Assembly (NCBI GenBank): GCA_951406725.2
Contig: OX597821.1
Coordinates: 53,568,001-53,632,000, forward strand
Direction of reading: 5' to 3'
Source of the DNA: Octopus vulgaris
Lineage: Eukaryota
Length of the DNA: 64,000 bases
Below, one piece after another: positions 40,131-55,656 of the stretch (the stretch's first letter is position 1; every line of letters starts with the position of its first letter). Both the position numbers and the translations under genes were made by a program. Under the pieces are notes generated by a model, which saw only the letters and a program-made list of their open reading frames with translations, was not told where the DNA came from and searched no databases.

Positions 40131-41195
40131 CTTGCACATGGTTGGATTAAAGTCAAGTATTGTCCTTTGCACAGTCTACCAATGAAATCATCTACATCTT
40201 TTCAATATCAAATTAACAAAATATGAGGATAAAACTGCTGCTAGCAAAATAATAAATTAGATATCTAAACATTTTTCCAGGCCAACGCCGAGGCCTGATC
40301 CCTGTACTGTGTTGATAAGAACATGCATTTTTTTAATCATTGTATTTATATATTTAACACTTGATGGTGGTAAGATAAGCAAATATTTTTCATGCAAATA
40401 GAGTAACAGGAAAATGTGAAGTTTAAATACTTTACAAAATTCAGTTATTGATAACGTCAAATAATTTGCCCTTAGTACCATAAAACATTCGACACTAGAG
40501 AACAGCCTCTAGTTCCTCCATCATTTGATGTCTAAAGCACGGGATTAAACTGTTTAAGGGTCTATCTAAGCATGTATTTGCCAAAAATTTACAAATATTT
40601 TTCATAACAAGGCTTAAACCTGGTTTCTAACACTAGTATATAACAATATGGATATTGATAAAGAATCTAGGACAATATATGATCGATGTAGCAAAAGAGA
40701 TCTATGTAGTTGCCGTTAAACATAGCAGTTGAATGCTCCTCAAATTAAAACTACTAATTTCAACAAACAAATAACGAAGGAAAAAGAAAAGACAGCATCA
40801 GATAATGTTGCGCCAGCTATTCTGTGATTGAAGATAATCAATGCAGAAAAACCTTTGATCATAGGTTTGCTTGAATAGGTCTTGACCTCGGTCTAATTAA
40901 CAAGAGCAATAACAATGGCCACGGCAACAGCAGCAACAGCGCTATGTTTGTCTACACCTCGGATCTTTGTGGTTGTCCTTGCTTATGTGGGATATTTGTT
41001 TGTAGCAGATTCTCGTAAAAACATCCATATTAATGTATATTCCCTACAATTTATTTCAATAATCAACGTTGATTTTATTATCATCACCATATTTTCATTC
41101 TTCACCGCGCTTTAGATTAAGGTTTTTTGATCTCATATTCACAAACATAAACGCTCATTCCGTCTCTTTACCCATGTCTTACATATATATGTTCT

Positions 41196-41302
<107 letters not shown>

Positions 41303-41305
41303 CTA

Positions 41306-41378
<73 letters not shown>

Positions 41379-41453
41379 TTCTATCTATCTAGCAAGCTAG
41401 CTTGCAATGGAGGTATATACATATAAACACACACACACATATATGTATGTATG

Positions 41454-41512
<59 letters not shown>

Positions 41513-41652
41513 CATTGTGCTGCTTAAGGTAAGATGCACAAAAGTGTATTCAAAACTACTGGGAGATAAATATCACTAAATGTACAAAATATAAAGATAC
41601 GAGCAACTACTAGTTTCTTGCTTTGGAAACACGTGCCCAGAAAATTTCATAA

Positions 41653-41824
41653 CTCTGAGTACATGATGTATTCTGTTTCAAAATAAGGACACTGGTACAT
41701 GAGTATTCACGAGAAAAGAACGAGGGGAATGTTAATGCAAAAGTCGATTAACCTCGTCTTTTTCTCGTGAATACACATGTATCTGTGTCCTGATTTTCGA
41801 ACAAAATAGATCATGTGATCAGAG
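41653..41824. repeat. Fold-back inverted repeat (~75-bp arms), diverged
   Basis: CTCTGAGTACATGAT...TATTCACGAGAAAAGAACGAGG versus CCTCGTCTTTTTCTCGTGAATA...ATCATGTGATCAGAG. Confidence 0.8.
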
Positions 41825-42379
41825 CCCGATGATTGCTTGGAGACAGAAAGTAAAAGTTTTGTAGTTTGCTATGCAACGCTTGTTGGTTACCGGATGTCAT
41901 CTTACAATGGAAATGCTCTTGCTTCTGTATAGCCACAAACAATTTCATAGTATCCGTAAATTTTATGTAAAAAGATAAGTGACAGGAAAGGGAACGAACG
42001 ACATTCGTTTTTTTTACAAATCAGTACAGATGTTTCGGGGCACTACATTCGTGAGATGTGTAATTAACATCATCCATTTAAGTTTTAAATGCGCTTCATT
42101 AGATGATTATTTAAATAAATATTTCATAAGATGCTACGGTCGTTTCACTCAGTATGAGAATGCATACCCAACGCAATGTGATATTTTTAGCAGCTTACAG
42201 CCAAAACTAAACCCATAGATATAGTTACTGACAAAGTACTATTATAATCAAAATGCAAAATACAGATATCAAGAAACAGACAAAAAAAAGGCTCCTTTAA
42301 CTATAAATTACAATTCTATCTTCATGGTTAGATTATAAGGAATAAAGTGCTAAACAGAATGGAGCATAATATTGAACCG

Positions 42380-43067
42380 AGCATGATTTCCGTTGGTACA
42401 AGAGTTTCAAGGACAGCAGAAAGTAGTAGTGAAACGATCTGATGTGTAGGTGAGAGAGACGTCAGAACAGTTGAGCTGGTTGAGAAAATTCACTATTTTT
42501 TGGATGAACAGCATTGTGTGCCGATGAAAACCAATCATCATTCAGTTTGGAGTAACTGTAACTGCTCTACACACAATTATTTTTGAAGATATGGATATGC
42601 ACTACATTTGTACAAAGTCTGTTTCCAGGATGCCCAGTGACGATCAGAAGGAAAGACACTTTGGTGACAGCATGAAAATAATTGAGCTCATTACATCCAG
42701 TCATAGCTCTCCCTCTCTCCTATAATTCCACTACTTGACTGAAATAAGCATCAAAACTTCCCCCATCCTGCCTACAGGTCAAGTTTTGCTCCTGTGACTT
42801 TTGGTAGCTCCGAAAGCTGAAGGAGGACTTCAGGAGCAGTCGATTTCAAGATATTGAGAAGATGAAAGAGGCTGAGAAGGATGATAGATAAAGAAAACAT
42901 CCCTTTCGAGGACATCCATAAGGCCTTCACGAGGTGACTGGAGCATTATAATAAGTGAATTGAGATCAGAAGATCTTACTTTGAAGGAGATAAAAGTTCT
43001 GTATTACTTTGGAATCAATAAATGTCCCTCCTGAAAAAGCCTAAAATCTTCTGGAATGCAACTCGTA
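42380..43067 (+). mobile_element. Degenerate mariner remnant
   Basis: Relics of HTIIFEDMDMHYICTKSVSRM and PHPAYRSSFAP-DFW motifs; ends ...CTGGAATGCAACTCG|TA. Confidence 0.6.
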
Positions 43068-43893
43068 AATGAAATATTTCGTTACACAGAGAGCTCAAAG
43101 TATCAAAATAGGCAGGATGGACCTTAAGTCCTGGTTATCTAGATGTTCTCATCCAATACTGAGCTAAAGAAGATTATTCACTCAATATATACTAATGGTT
43201 GACATAACACGTGTTTAATATAAATATCGCAATTTTACCCGGCATGCTAAAGCTTTTCCCAGATCGCCGCCTTAAATTGACCAATCATATTGAAGAGGCA
43301 TTTGTTCGTGCCTCGTTGCCTTTCTTGTACATTCTTTATTATTTACATTTTTTCTGAAAACACAAACCGATGACATTATTCTAACAGCTTCGAGAGTGAC
43401 AACAAACAAAGACTACAGCATCATTTTCTCTAAAGTTGCTTGCAAAGTTAGTAAATTTAGTGAATACAAAATTCTTGCTACTCTATCTCAAACAATACGG
43501 CTCTGGCGACAATAAACAATATTGTAAGATAAGCCGATATTTTAACAGAGCCTACATTGCGACATTGTAGTAAGTTATGCATGTATTACGACGATCAGTT
43601 AGAAATAGTAGCTAAAGCCCGATCATTTCTAGAAATTGAATGACACATTGCGTATCTCATAGTTGATGCAGTGTGTTTGAATAGAAAAAGGGAATGGTAA
43701 GTGTCTGAATTCATCTGTTAATGTCTGTTAGACAAGGGATAACTTGGGATTATACAAGCTACAACAACAGCAACATGAGTGCTGCTTTTTGTATCTAGGA
43801 ATCTGTTACTACGGCGTTAACTTTTTAAGAGCAATCTGAGACAGCACGTAACATGTATATGTCCCAACACTGCAACTACTGTTCTTACAGCAG

Positions 43894-43952
<59 letters not shown>

Positions 43953-43955
<3 letters not shown>

Positions 43956-44707
43956 GTTCCAAAGAACATTCGGTCCGGGGCCTATGGATAATTACCAAAA
44001 ATCCCTGGCCTGGCAATGTTACAGAGGAGCTTTACCGGTTCGAGATAAATTCTTTAGACATGGGTGTGCACCTTCGCCGGTTTGTGTACAAGATGTGAGA
44101 GGGACAGTGAAACTGTCCTGCACACGATGGTGCAAAGCCTCAAGGTGACTGAACTCTGGGCTTATGTCGAACACCTGCCGTCGCATTCGAGAAGAGTACA
44201 ACTGTCGAGCGAATATGTAATTAAGATAGTTCCGCCGACCTCCCTGAATAGGGAGGAGCGAGCCTGTTTTCTCTCGGTAGCTGCTATGGCGAAAGAAGTA
44301 GTTTGGAAGACGAGAGTAAAAAGAATTGCAAAAGGCATGTTTATCTCCAGTCTCGAGCTAATCGACTTTTTCGTTTTCCACATGAAACGGAAAATAAGGC
44401 TGGAGTAGAAATGCCTGTCGCAAAGTGTGTTTCGTAAAAGATGGAAGTCTATAGCAAGTATGTTGCGAGTGAAAGAACCGGTTTAAACGAGAATACAAAA
44501 AAGGAGAAAGCAAAGTCTTCAGTGTGAGTATGTTTTTTGTGGGGTCAACCGCATCCTCCGTTTCATTTTTTGTTATTCACTCATTCTCATTTAATTGTAT
44601 GTATTTTAATTGCTTGTTTATTCATACGTTTCGTCTCATTCGATACCCTGAACCCAACGTTTGTTTTGTCCCCTCTTTTTCTCAACCTTATGGTGAATAA
44701 AGAAATA
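43953..44707 (+). mobile_element. 5'-truncated Tx1-like non-LTR retrotransposon, related to 2862-4027, inserted in (CT)n
   Basis: Translates LFQRTFGPGPMDNYQKSLAWQCYRGALPVRDK...CTRCERDSETVLH...AMAKEVVWKTR, clearly homologous to the 2936-3523 ORF; ends AATAAAGAAATA into (CT)n; (CT)n upstream. Confidence 0.8.
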
Positions 44708-44982
44708 CTCTCTCTCTCTCTCTCTCTCGTTCAAAGAAGAACAACAACAAAATCATCAGCAGCAGCAGCAACAACTACTACTACTACTACAACAGCTGCT
44801 ACTACTACTACTACATTTACGTCTTCTAGAACGTAACTGTCAGGAATATCGCCAAATCTGCCATAAAATTTTACCGGTGCAATTTGATCTGCCTTCTGGA
44901 GTTTGACCAACGGAAGCTAACAATATTTCGCGTTAGATTCTCTAAGGGAATTTATAATGGGTTACTTGACTTATAAGTGACA

Positions 44983-45039
<57 letters not shown>

Positions 45040-47669
45040 CAGGTGGGGGGTGGCAGTAGTGTTGATGGTAGTGTTTTTTTGGGAGAAAAGGAAATCGAGA
45101 AGAGAAGCTCTATAGCTCTACAAGAGGAAGCTCTATCGTAATGATATGCACGGCTATGCCTCATGCAATCTGGGCATACCATGTCAACGATGGAGCTTTT
45201 TCCTGATTATTCAACTTCATAGAAATACTAACCACATGTCACACAAAGTATACGCTACACAGTCAAAATAGAGAAGGTAATATTAAATTGTGTAATCTAT
45301 ATGTTTTTAAAAGACGAGGTTGTCAAAGACGCGAAATATTTGGTCATAATTATCTTTCAGTTGATTTAATATTAACCACTACAATTATCACCACCATCAT
45401 CAATTGCAACATTAAATGCGTTAGCACAAGACCAGAAATTTAGAGTGAAGGGATCAGCGGATCATGTTCAAAGTAGCGATAAATAAGTAAAGTGCTGCCT
45501 GAAATTTTAGGACACATAAAAGTCAATTATCCATTTACCAAGTCGCGTAAATGACCGTCCTCCTGAATGGAGCGCCAGTACGTTACAGGATTACTCATTT
45601 ACAGCGAAATTAAGTAAAGCAACGTAAAAATGAAGATCTAGAAAACAACACACATCCGGTCCGGGAATCGAATCCGCAAACTTGCGAACGTGTGTGTAAC
45701 ATCCTAACCACGATGAGGGAAAGCAATTTTTACTTTGACTTCATGTGAATTCAGAACTAAAGAGCTCAGAAAAGATACCGCAAGGCTTACTCTTTTGAAT
45801 GGTCTAATGATTCTGTCAGCACGCCACCTAACAACAACTATACAGACGACCGGTATTTCAAAGATTGGAACATAGAATTAAATTTCGGAGAAAATCTTGG
45901 AGATTTAACTTGTGGCAGTCTGTGAGAATACAATATCTTGATCAATAAGAATAAATACGTTTCTCAACAGTTTTCACGCAGTATCTATCGGAAATTAGCT
46001 GTGTACCTCCGAGGATAAGTGTGTTTTCTATTATACAAGTCCTTTGTTTTTCAAATATCTATAGAAAAGTTAATTGAATTTAGTACTCAAACGACGTTTA
46101 TTAATTAGTGCTTCCGCAAATGGTAAAAAAAAGTAGAATCAACATATTTTCTTAAAATATCCCATACTGATTAAATTGCATTGAATAAATATAAGCATAT
46201 GTGTGTGTGTACAATGCGCATGCCTCAATGTATGCAAATTTTTGTGATAGGTATACATACATATATACATGCACATAAATATATATATAAATATGTATGC
46301 ATATATAAATACACATGCACGCGTGTACACACGCTCTCTCACTCTCTCTCTCTCACTATATATTTATATATATATTAATATTTTGAACTCAAGAAAGGAA
46401 CTAATTTGTAAATCCCTTCACACGAAACTGGTGAGGTACATGTGCTCAATAATTTTTTTGGGAAAAGTAGAGCTTAACGTCATGAGGAAAACATGGTTAG
46501 CGAGGAATTTCTGAGGATCAACATTTTCAGATAGAATACTTAATTGAATTGCCTTATTCAAGTCTGAAGAGTTTGACACTATATAATTTGGGTTTGTAAG
46601 GAATGCAAATACCCATATACAATTAAACATTGTAATATTCTCTTCCTTGAAGCCGTAATAAAATATTTGTAGTAGCTGTGGCACTGTAGAGTGTAAGCTA
46701 AGGACAAAGTATGTTAATGATCAATTTCATGCCAATGATCTTTACATTATGATAAATGAAGATAATCAAATTATTATATCATGTAGTACACTTTTGTTCA
46801 ATTATATATTTAAGTGTTACACTCTGATACCAATATACCGTTTTGCGAGTGAAATATTAGTAAAAACTTGAAAGCGATACATACATTTTTATTACCAGAA
46901 AGATGGTCTATAACAAAAGCCTGGAAATTAGCTATGTCATTATGTGCCCTGTATGTCTTTAATGTTTATACAAGATTAACAGTATTTTTTTCAGGCGATG
47001 GTATACTTCGTCAAAGAGGGAAGTATAAAACCCGTGAAAATTTTTGAGGAGTTCGAGTTTAGCTAGGGACATAAGGAAAATTATAATCATATTGGAGATG
47101 TGTTCCGAATCTACATCAGAGTGAACTCTGCTCAGCGTATTTACGAGCCATGTAATGGTATTAAATCGGGTCTCGAATTAAGTCGACGAGTATTTTGATT
47201 GAGAAGGCCGAGTAGAATATTTTATGCTAAAATATTTAAGTAGATGATTTAATTTTCAGAAGTGAAGTATTTGTTATAAAAAGTAACTAGTTACACATTT
47301 CATTGACTATAACATTTTTCTTAAGTATTGCTTATCGTAATTTCTGCCTAGCGAATGTGGTCGTTTGAAACTACTATGTCAATTTTCATCTGTTTTACTT
47401 GAAATAAATGCCATTATCTTGATTGCATGATTCTGCACACCCATGTATAGTTGCAGAAAATTATTTGGCGTCATTCAGACATTAAAACAAAGTTTACTTC
47501 ACCTATTGAAAAGCAAATTCAGTTATATTTTAGGACTATTAAAAACATGCTGTGATATTTCATGCTGTTTTGTAAATCGCGAATAGCAAAAATAAGGAGA
47601 AATTACCTTCCATCAAATTACTGCACTATGAAATCCATCTTTACGAATTCTGAACAGACTATGCCATAT

Positions 47670-48927
47670 AAACAACTAGCCAAAACTTTAAGAACACCTA
47701 AACCTATTTAAAAAAAAACATCTACATGATAGAAATAAACTGAGAGATTCTGGTGAAGTATTTTATGAATGTATAGTTATATTCATTGGATGACATAATA
47801 AACTCAGCAACTAAACAAAACTGAAAATCCAGATAAAAACTCTAATTCTTAGACTCATTGAAATATCTGCCCTTGGCCTTGATTTCTGTGGAGCATACTC
47901 TGGGCATTGTTTCAAGCAATGAAAGCAAATATTCGTTCGCAATATTTTGCCAATTCTCTTGTAAGAGTGTCCAGAGAGATTCTGCACTACTTGGTTGCCG
48001 CTTTTTGACTCTGTGAGCCAATTCATTCCACACAATTTCGATGAGATTGCAAAGGGAGGGACCGGGCTGGCGATTTCGTTACGAGGAACTTTTTCATTTA
48101 TTTTCTTCTGTAAATAGCTTTTTCATAGCTTAGAAGTATGTTTAGGTTCATCATCTTAAATCAGCACAAAATTATCACCGATCAGCCTCGTTCTAGATGG
48201 ACTGGCATGGCGCTGGAGGATAGAGGGATACCCATTTTGGTTTAATATTTCTGTTACCCGATTAACATCCCCAGCATTATTACCTGCAAAACAACTCCAA
48301 ATCGTCATAATTCTCCCACCATGCTTTACAGTAGAAACAATACACTCAGGAATCGTCCGTTCACCAGTTCTTCGCCTCACATAAGCTACATTGGGATCCG
48401 AAGATTTCAAAGTTTGATTCATAAATCCAGAGGACTTGTTTATATTGATCAACAGTCCAGTTTTGTTGTTTTCTGACCCATATGAGTCTCTTATGTATTT
48501 ACACAGGTTGACGCAGTGATTTTCTGTCACCACAACAACCATTTAGACCAGCAGTAATGAGTTTACTCCTCACGGTTGTGGGAAACATTATAGCTTCGCC
48601 AATTTCACTTACTTAGGCAGCGATTTAATTTGCTGTTAGACACCTGTTTCGGAGACTAGTGACTGAAAATGTATTGCAATGTTGCCAAAAACTGGGTGCT
48701 AAAATGATTTTGACAACGTATCCAAATAGACTTGCCTTCAAGAGGTTTGATTATTTGCCTATAGAATATGTATAGTGTTGTTCCATATGAAATAAACTGC
48801 AAACTGTATGCAATATGTTATTCTATATTTTTATTCTATGAATGTATCTAAATCCATGACATTGAACTAAAAGTTCCACTTTGAAACAAACTTTCGTAGG
48901 TGATCTTAAACCTTTGGATAGTATTGT
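47670..48927 (-). mobile_element. Degenerate Tc1-like transposon
   Basis: Minus-strand YVRRRTGER...TVKHGGRIMTIWSCF...ILQRHA...DDEPKHTSK and WNELAHRVKKRQP...MPRVCSTEIKAKGRYF; degenerate TIRs near 47670 and 48900-48927. Confidence 0.85.
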
Positions 48928-49599
48928 ATATATATAAAGAGGTGTTAAATTTCTGTTCCAAATTCAGTTAAGAATGGTTTTCGATATTGTTGTTCAGAAC
49001 TTGATCTGCTCTACTTAAGTAAACCTACAATTAAAAGTGTGTAAACTATGCATATTCAATCTGATTGAATATCAGACACTACATTATCAAAGATGTCCTT
49101 CCTTTCTCTAATACGGTAAGGACTGGTTTCAAAAAGATATGTCTATTATAACAAGTCATGCGAAATCATATTTGCTACTTAGTTGAATTGATTGACCTCA
49201 AAAATATATGTTGAAATATATTTAGTTTTCCTTGTAATTTTTCATTACTTTGGTGATTTTGATAACCCAGGAAACGAAGGGCAGAGAGAGGAAGTGAAAA
49301 AGGACATTATCATTATCTCGGAGACCTAGATTTGATGCTTCCACTATAGTATAGCTCTGGAAAGACACCCAAGAATCAAAGAGTTTTGATAAAAGACGTA
49401 TTAAGTCTACTGTTCAAGAAAGCGAATGACCTCGCACAGTTTACATCTGATATATTTCTGTCCCAAGGCTCTGGTTGATACGCGGTTATTGTAATAAAAC
49501 GTGGTCTATAGTACACTACAGCGGGGTCTTACTCGCAACCACGTAGTTGCGAAAGGTTCTTAAGAATCACACAGTCAGCTATTTATTTCTATATTGTCC

Positions 49600-49740
49600 A
49601 CAGGAGATAAACACTGAGGGGACACACAGGCACTGACAACGGGATTAAGTCGATTACACCGACCCCAGTACGTAACTTGTACTTATTTGATCGACCCAGA
49701 ACTGATAAAATGCAAAGTCGACCTCGGCGGAATTTGAACT
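49600..49740 (-). mobile_element. SINE family A, partial
   Basis: GGATTAAGTCGATTACACCGACCCCAGT...AAAGTCGACCTCGGCGGAATTTGAACT. Confidence 0.75.
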
Positions 49741-52700
49741 TTCACACAGTCAGATATTATGATACTCAATATTATACGTAATAAACCAGTCTTTTTTGGT
49801 CATGTGTTTTATAAATATCTGTAATATAAACCCGCCTGTATCAAGCAAGTACACGAATACTAGACACATTATTCCCATAACTGATATTATGAGAGTCGAA
49901 TGAATTATACTTTACCACCAAACATAAGTGTATAACTGAACGGATGTTTTCATCGATCATTATATAGGAACCATAGATATTCAGTGCATTGTTCTATTGA
50001 AAATGATACAGAATTAATCCCTCTATGATTATCTATTCTTTAAATTGATTTGCACATTATTGTTTTGCATAGGTCGAGATTATATTCCTTAATTATATAG
50101 ACAACATTCATACATTTACTACAAATTTGTTCCATTTTTTGGCAGCGTATCTCTATAACTAATCATTAATTTAATCATCTTCTTACTAATTTAGTCAATA
50201 TTAAAAATAACGAACTATTTATTTATTTAGGCACAGAGCTAGTAAAAACACCGTTTTGAATACATGGGATATATTATCTGTAATCAATATTATTGAATGC
50301 CACTGAAAACACATAAAAAGGTGATTCAATGTTGCTGTAAATTGTGATAAAATGTAAAACTTTTAAAGTTCGGAAAGGGTAATACTGGTACTACATGTCA
50401 AAAGTATGAGACTAAGTATTCTATACTCCAACGGAAACATTATTAACAACAGTTCGAAGGCAAAGAATCAATACACACATGTAAGCACACAGAATCATAA
50501 AGTAAAAAGAGGAGATAGGAAATTATTATGCATAAGTAGTAAAATATTACTGCAATATCGACAAAATGGACGCTGTTGGATTACATAAATTTCCTTGCCA
50601 CAGTTTTCATGTGTTCAGTGCTATTAACAATAGAATTTAACCCCTGCTACACACCCCTATAAATTGCTAGATGTTTTCATTAGTTCGACAGCATGACATA
50701 TTGATCCTTCATTGCTACCATCATCAAAAGTATTTCTTTGACTGAAACTACATCTAACCACAGTATTATGCTAAAATATGATGGGAAGGAAACAAAGATT
50801 GTGCACTTCAAATCATAACATATTTCGTCAAATTTCTTCCTAAATACTGAATGCGTCAGACTGTGTAGAAGTATCATCCTAAATGCATTTACTATTTACT
50901 GTGTAGAAGTATTATCCTGAATTTATAGTTGAGGCTAGAAATAAGCTTTTATTCAGGACTGCATAGTAATCACATAATATATTGATTATCATATGAAAAT
51001 AGTGAATCACAAAATGGTAATCAAAACCTCTGAAACAACTATAACGTATTATATCAATTTTCACAGACTGCTTGGAATAAAAATTGATACCCGTCTCAAT
51101 ATATATTTATTGTATTAAAATGACGTGTTGACTACCTATATTTCAGTCAGATATATTATCGAGGAAATGATAGAGGTGAGAATAGAAAGGGGATATGCAA
51201 ATGTACACATATTTATGAAAATGTTTAACAATACGTATGAGTAGATTGCTTCAAATTACAGATTGAAACAAGGCTTTATATTTGGGCCTCAATAATTTAC
51301 TGCTGAGTTGTTTCAGACGATTTGCCAACAGAAGTAAAAGTAGTACACAAAATATACACTTTTCTTACAATTAACTAAAGCAGAGGAAATAAATTTACTT
51401 CAAAGAGCAAAATACAATATATTTTCACATAATTTCCCTTCTAGATTAATTTCACTGGCGTTTTTGTGTAATTACGACGTTCCTTTTTCACTTCAATTTC
51501 CAGTATAATCTGGCTACTTGAAACATCGAGCAAGTCTCTTCTACTATAGTCAGAAGTCAACCAAAATCACGAACGTGAAATTTTGTAGATAACATATTTG
51601 TAAAAGGTGGGAAACTGTTTCTGTTCTTGGAGGTTAGACATAATCAACTTCCCGACTTAAAACAGTTGACCGAAATTTCGGAGTCTTTAGCAAAGCACAC
51701 ACTGTCGCACCCTTTCAAACCATGTCCCTGTTCAGAGGGCATGTTCGTCATACCCACTTTTCTCATTAACCATGAAAAATATATTCCATAGTTTGGTGCC
51801 TAAGGACAATTAAGTAAACATTGTCTTCTCACACTGGTGATGAAGAGCATGTAATGAACAGTAGACTATTAATCCCATTATGTTTAGAGTTATCGACGAA
51901 TATCGCTGTGGATTTACATTCAATTAAAAATAACTAAATATATAAAATGTTGAAATACAGATCACTTTCAGAAACCCTTGCAGAAGTAAAATAGAAGGAT
52001 CGCAGGGATGATGAGAGGTGAGAAATAGTAAATATCATATTTTCAAACAGTGAAACAGATTAGAAGAACCTAAATTTTGTTTCACACAAGCCGTTTAGCT
52101 ACTAAATTCGTTATTGTAATAAGTCAAAGAACTGTGAAATTAGTGGAGTTGTTAGGATATCGGACAAAATATTGTGTTCCTTTTTACCTGATATTAAGTC
52201 TACCTAAAGACATCTTTTCCTTTCATCATTCCGAGAATCGATATAATAAAGAAGCTGTTAATCACAATCCTTGATACAATCGTCTGTGTATTTATTCGCC
52301 CATGCAAATGCTTGGTCCTATGACTATGTAGGAAGTAATTCTTAAAAGATCCATTGCCAGGAGGGAAGTTAACAATTCATCTCTTCAGTGTGGATGAAGT
52401 ATATTCCTGAGTAATTACCAAAAACAATTACCACCATCTCCCACAAACATGCACCTTCCTGCTCTCGCAATGTCTTTATATTTAAGACGGGAGATTTTAG
52501 GTAAAATGCAGTAGTCAAAAGATGCCATACGGAGAAACTAGAATGGAGAGGGAATGAGGGAATGTCATTGAAGAGGTTGCGATTGGCGACAAAAGGACTT
52601 TGATAAACATAATTGACTGTTTAACCGAATGTTTAATCAAACAGCAGTTTAATTTGTTCATTGAACAGTTAATCAACCTAATTAAAGAATAATAAATAGG

Positions 52701-53708
52701 TAAACTCGATCCAGTACGTGTGATTATTATCGGCATAATGACCCTCCCGAGATACAAGCAAAGTGCTAATTTATTTATGGAAATACTATGATTTATATCA
52801 GTTCTAAATAATTATAAACTTGAAATTCTCATTATAACTTCGTGCTGGATTTTTCTTTATACTTAACCAAATGCTTCCAGTCACAATCTCTAATATGAAC
52901 GCATTCATCTCACACAACTTAAACATTATAAGCTTTAAAAATATGATGGATACCAGAATCACTATTGATCATATTTAATCACTTCCTGGAAAACGCTAGT
53001 CTATATTTTGATTTTCTCATCTACTACTCATCACAATTTGTTTCATAGTATCATCCTTTATAGAGACTTTAAACAAATACGAAAAGCTATTGCTTTGAAC
53101 TTTCCTAATAACTGTACTCGATTTTCTGGTCTATACTTGTACTGCAAAACAACTCGAATTCAGGTTACGTTTTCACATTGATAATGATGAAAAACGGTTA
53201 TTGATTCAGTTATTTCCATAAATATGTCCATTGTAAGTCCAGCAGACTTTATAAAATTAAGTAACTTTAAGTATTTCGATGTCTTTCTGTTTGACACGTG
53301 CACTCATCTACACGCATGCACATATATACACGTGTACATAAAGATATAATGTTTAACTTGTGATTAGTCACCTAATACTGCATATAGAATGTGCTGCACT
53401 TAGAAGTTTATACTGACCTATCACAAAACACTGTAGAAGCAATCTCAACTTTACGTAGTCACAATTCAATGCTACATATCAAAGCACTGATTGTTAATTG
53501 AGGTTTTTAATGTTTACGAACGAGTTGAACAAATGCTGGCAATTCGATTGCACTTATATAGATTGAAACGTACAGTATAAATAGATTACGAAAAGGGCAA
53601 AGGCAAGCAGCGGCACTATTGTAGGTGTCAAAAGTACAATAAATGTAAGATCTGGCAATTGCTGATGATGTCCCTTGCTTATCTTATTATGCGTGTGTGG
53701 GTGTGCGC

Positions 53709-53791
<83 letters not shown>

Positions 53792-53795
<4 letters not shown>

Positions 53796-54047
53796 CACAT
53801 ATGTATTTAATTAGAGGATATGTTGACCACGTGAAAGGTTGCATCCAAGAAAATACTGGTTCAATACATAATATTTTGGGGGAATGCAATTCCCTTAAAA
53901 TAATGGGTGTATATACTTATATACACCTATTATTTTAAGGGAATTGCATTCCCCCAAAATAATATGTATTGAACCAGTATATTATCTTGGATGCAACCAT
54001 CCTTTCAAGTGGTCAACATATCCTCTAATTAAATACATATGTGTAAA
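53792..54047. repeat. Near-perfect palindrome (~125-bp arms, 2-nt loop) between two long (TA)n arrays
   Basis: Centre GGTGTATATA-CT-TATATACACC at 53906-53927; arms match out to TTTACACATATG/CATATGTGTAAA. Confidence 0.92.
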
Positions 54048-54174
<127 letters not shown>

Positions 54175-54859
54175 ACCACAGATTTAAAAGAAGAAAAGGA
54201 AATGGAGATTAAGGAGTTTATAATTAACAAAAGATTGGTCGTCATTGCTTCATCCGGCCGATTCAATTAATACTCAATAATTTAATCACAACTTTGTACA
54301 TAAATTTTACATTTATGACATGAGTGTAATTTCATGAGAGGAAAACAACGTTCCTTTAGATTGATATATGTGGGATTATCGATTTATTTCAGAAGACTAA
54401 ATGTGACGGTTTATGATTTGTATTATTACATGCTTGGGCGAAAGGTTCACAGGTTGATTCACGATAAAGTAGATAAGAGAAATAAAATCAGAAAAAAATA
54501 AATAAAGTAAGCAGAGGAATTTTAAACTTAGATAAGGCAAATTTATGGTTAATCAAAGAATAAAATATTCATTTATAAAGTATGGATAAAACTATAAAAA
54601 TGTGCATGTACACACTCGCGCGCACACACACACACACAGACAATATGCACAAATACATATACCCACATATATACACAGATATACGCGCATATACCTATAC
54701 ATGTACATGCATTCTCACGTATATACATATTCATGCATACACATATATACACATACATACTATTATATATGCATGAATCCATATGCACACTCATACACAT
54801 ACACAGACACACACATAGACACATCCACACACACAGATATATATATATATATATATATT

Positions 54860-55151
54860 AAAATAAGCAACAAGGATATCCAGTGATAATGCAGTACGAT
54901 CGTTTCATGCAACTCCATTTAATTGAACAAAGTGATCATTACTTCAATTTAAAATGCTGTGCAATCTTGATGTAATGATTGCATTGTCCAATTAAATGGA
55001 GTTGCATGAAACTAACGTACATCATTACCTCTGGATATCTTTGTTGGTTATTTTGATTTGAATCACCTTAGTTTGAAACTGTATGGATAATACCGTACGA
55101 AAAACTGGTGCCTCAAATTAAGTACCATATTCATCTGAATCTAGATTTTTG
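54860..55151. repeat. Asymmetric fold-back element in (TA)n with degenerate hammerhead-like motif
   Basis: Arms 54860-54945 / 54970-55054, right side extends ~95 bp; TGATG-TAATGA-TTGCA..TGCAT-GAAAC-TAAC-GTA-CATCA at 54968-55024. Confidence 0.75.
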
Positions 55152-55167
55152 TATATATATATATATA

Positions 55168-55640
55168 TCTCTTATTATAAAAGGCAGATTTTATCTGCCT
55201 CCCTTTGTCAGTTATAGAAATATACAATATAGGATTTCTTCAATTACAATTTACCTAGCATTTTTAAGAGTAGAATGCATCGGGTCATGCCAGGTCCAGA
55301 TTTTAAAATTTCAACTCCAATTAAGCAAAATTTACAGAAAACTCACATTCTGGTGTGTATGTCAAATGCTTTTCTTAATGTGGTTTACACCACACGCACA
55401 CGCACACACACAGTGTGCAACGAATAAAATGAAAGTAATTCACTGTGTGTGTGTTGACAGGTAGACAATAGAATGCGATGGCGATGGCGATGGCGTTGTA
55501 ATATTTGTTTCTGTCTATCACGCTGATAGATACATGAGTAAAATGTATAGGAAGGTAAGAGATAAGTGTGAGTGAAAATGTTCTTGGAAGAGAGTAAATA
55601 GCGAGAGTGATTTGAGGAAGACTTTACATTAAATAACCGT
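55168..55640 (+). mobile_element. Possible Helitron/Helentron-like non-autonomous element (5' part)
   Basis: Starts A|TCTCTTATTATAAAAG after (TA)n with short IR AGGCAGAT-TTT-ATCTGCCT; no clear CTRR end seen. Confidence 0.3.
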
Positions 55641-55656
55641 ATATATATATACATAC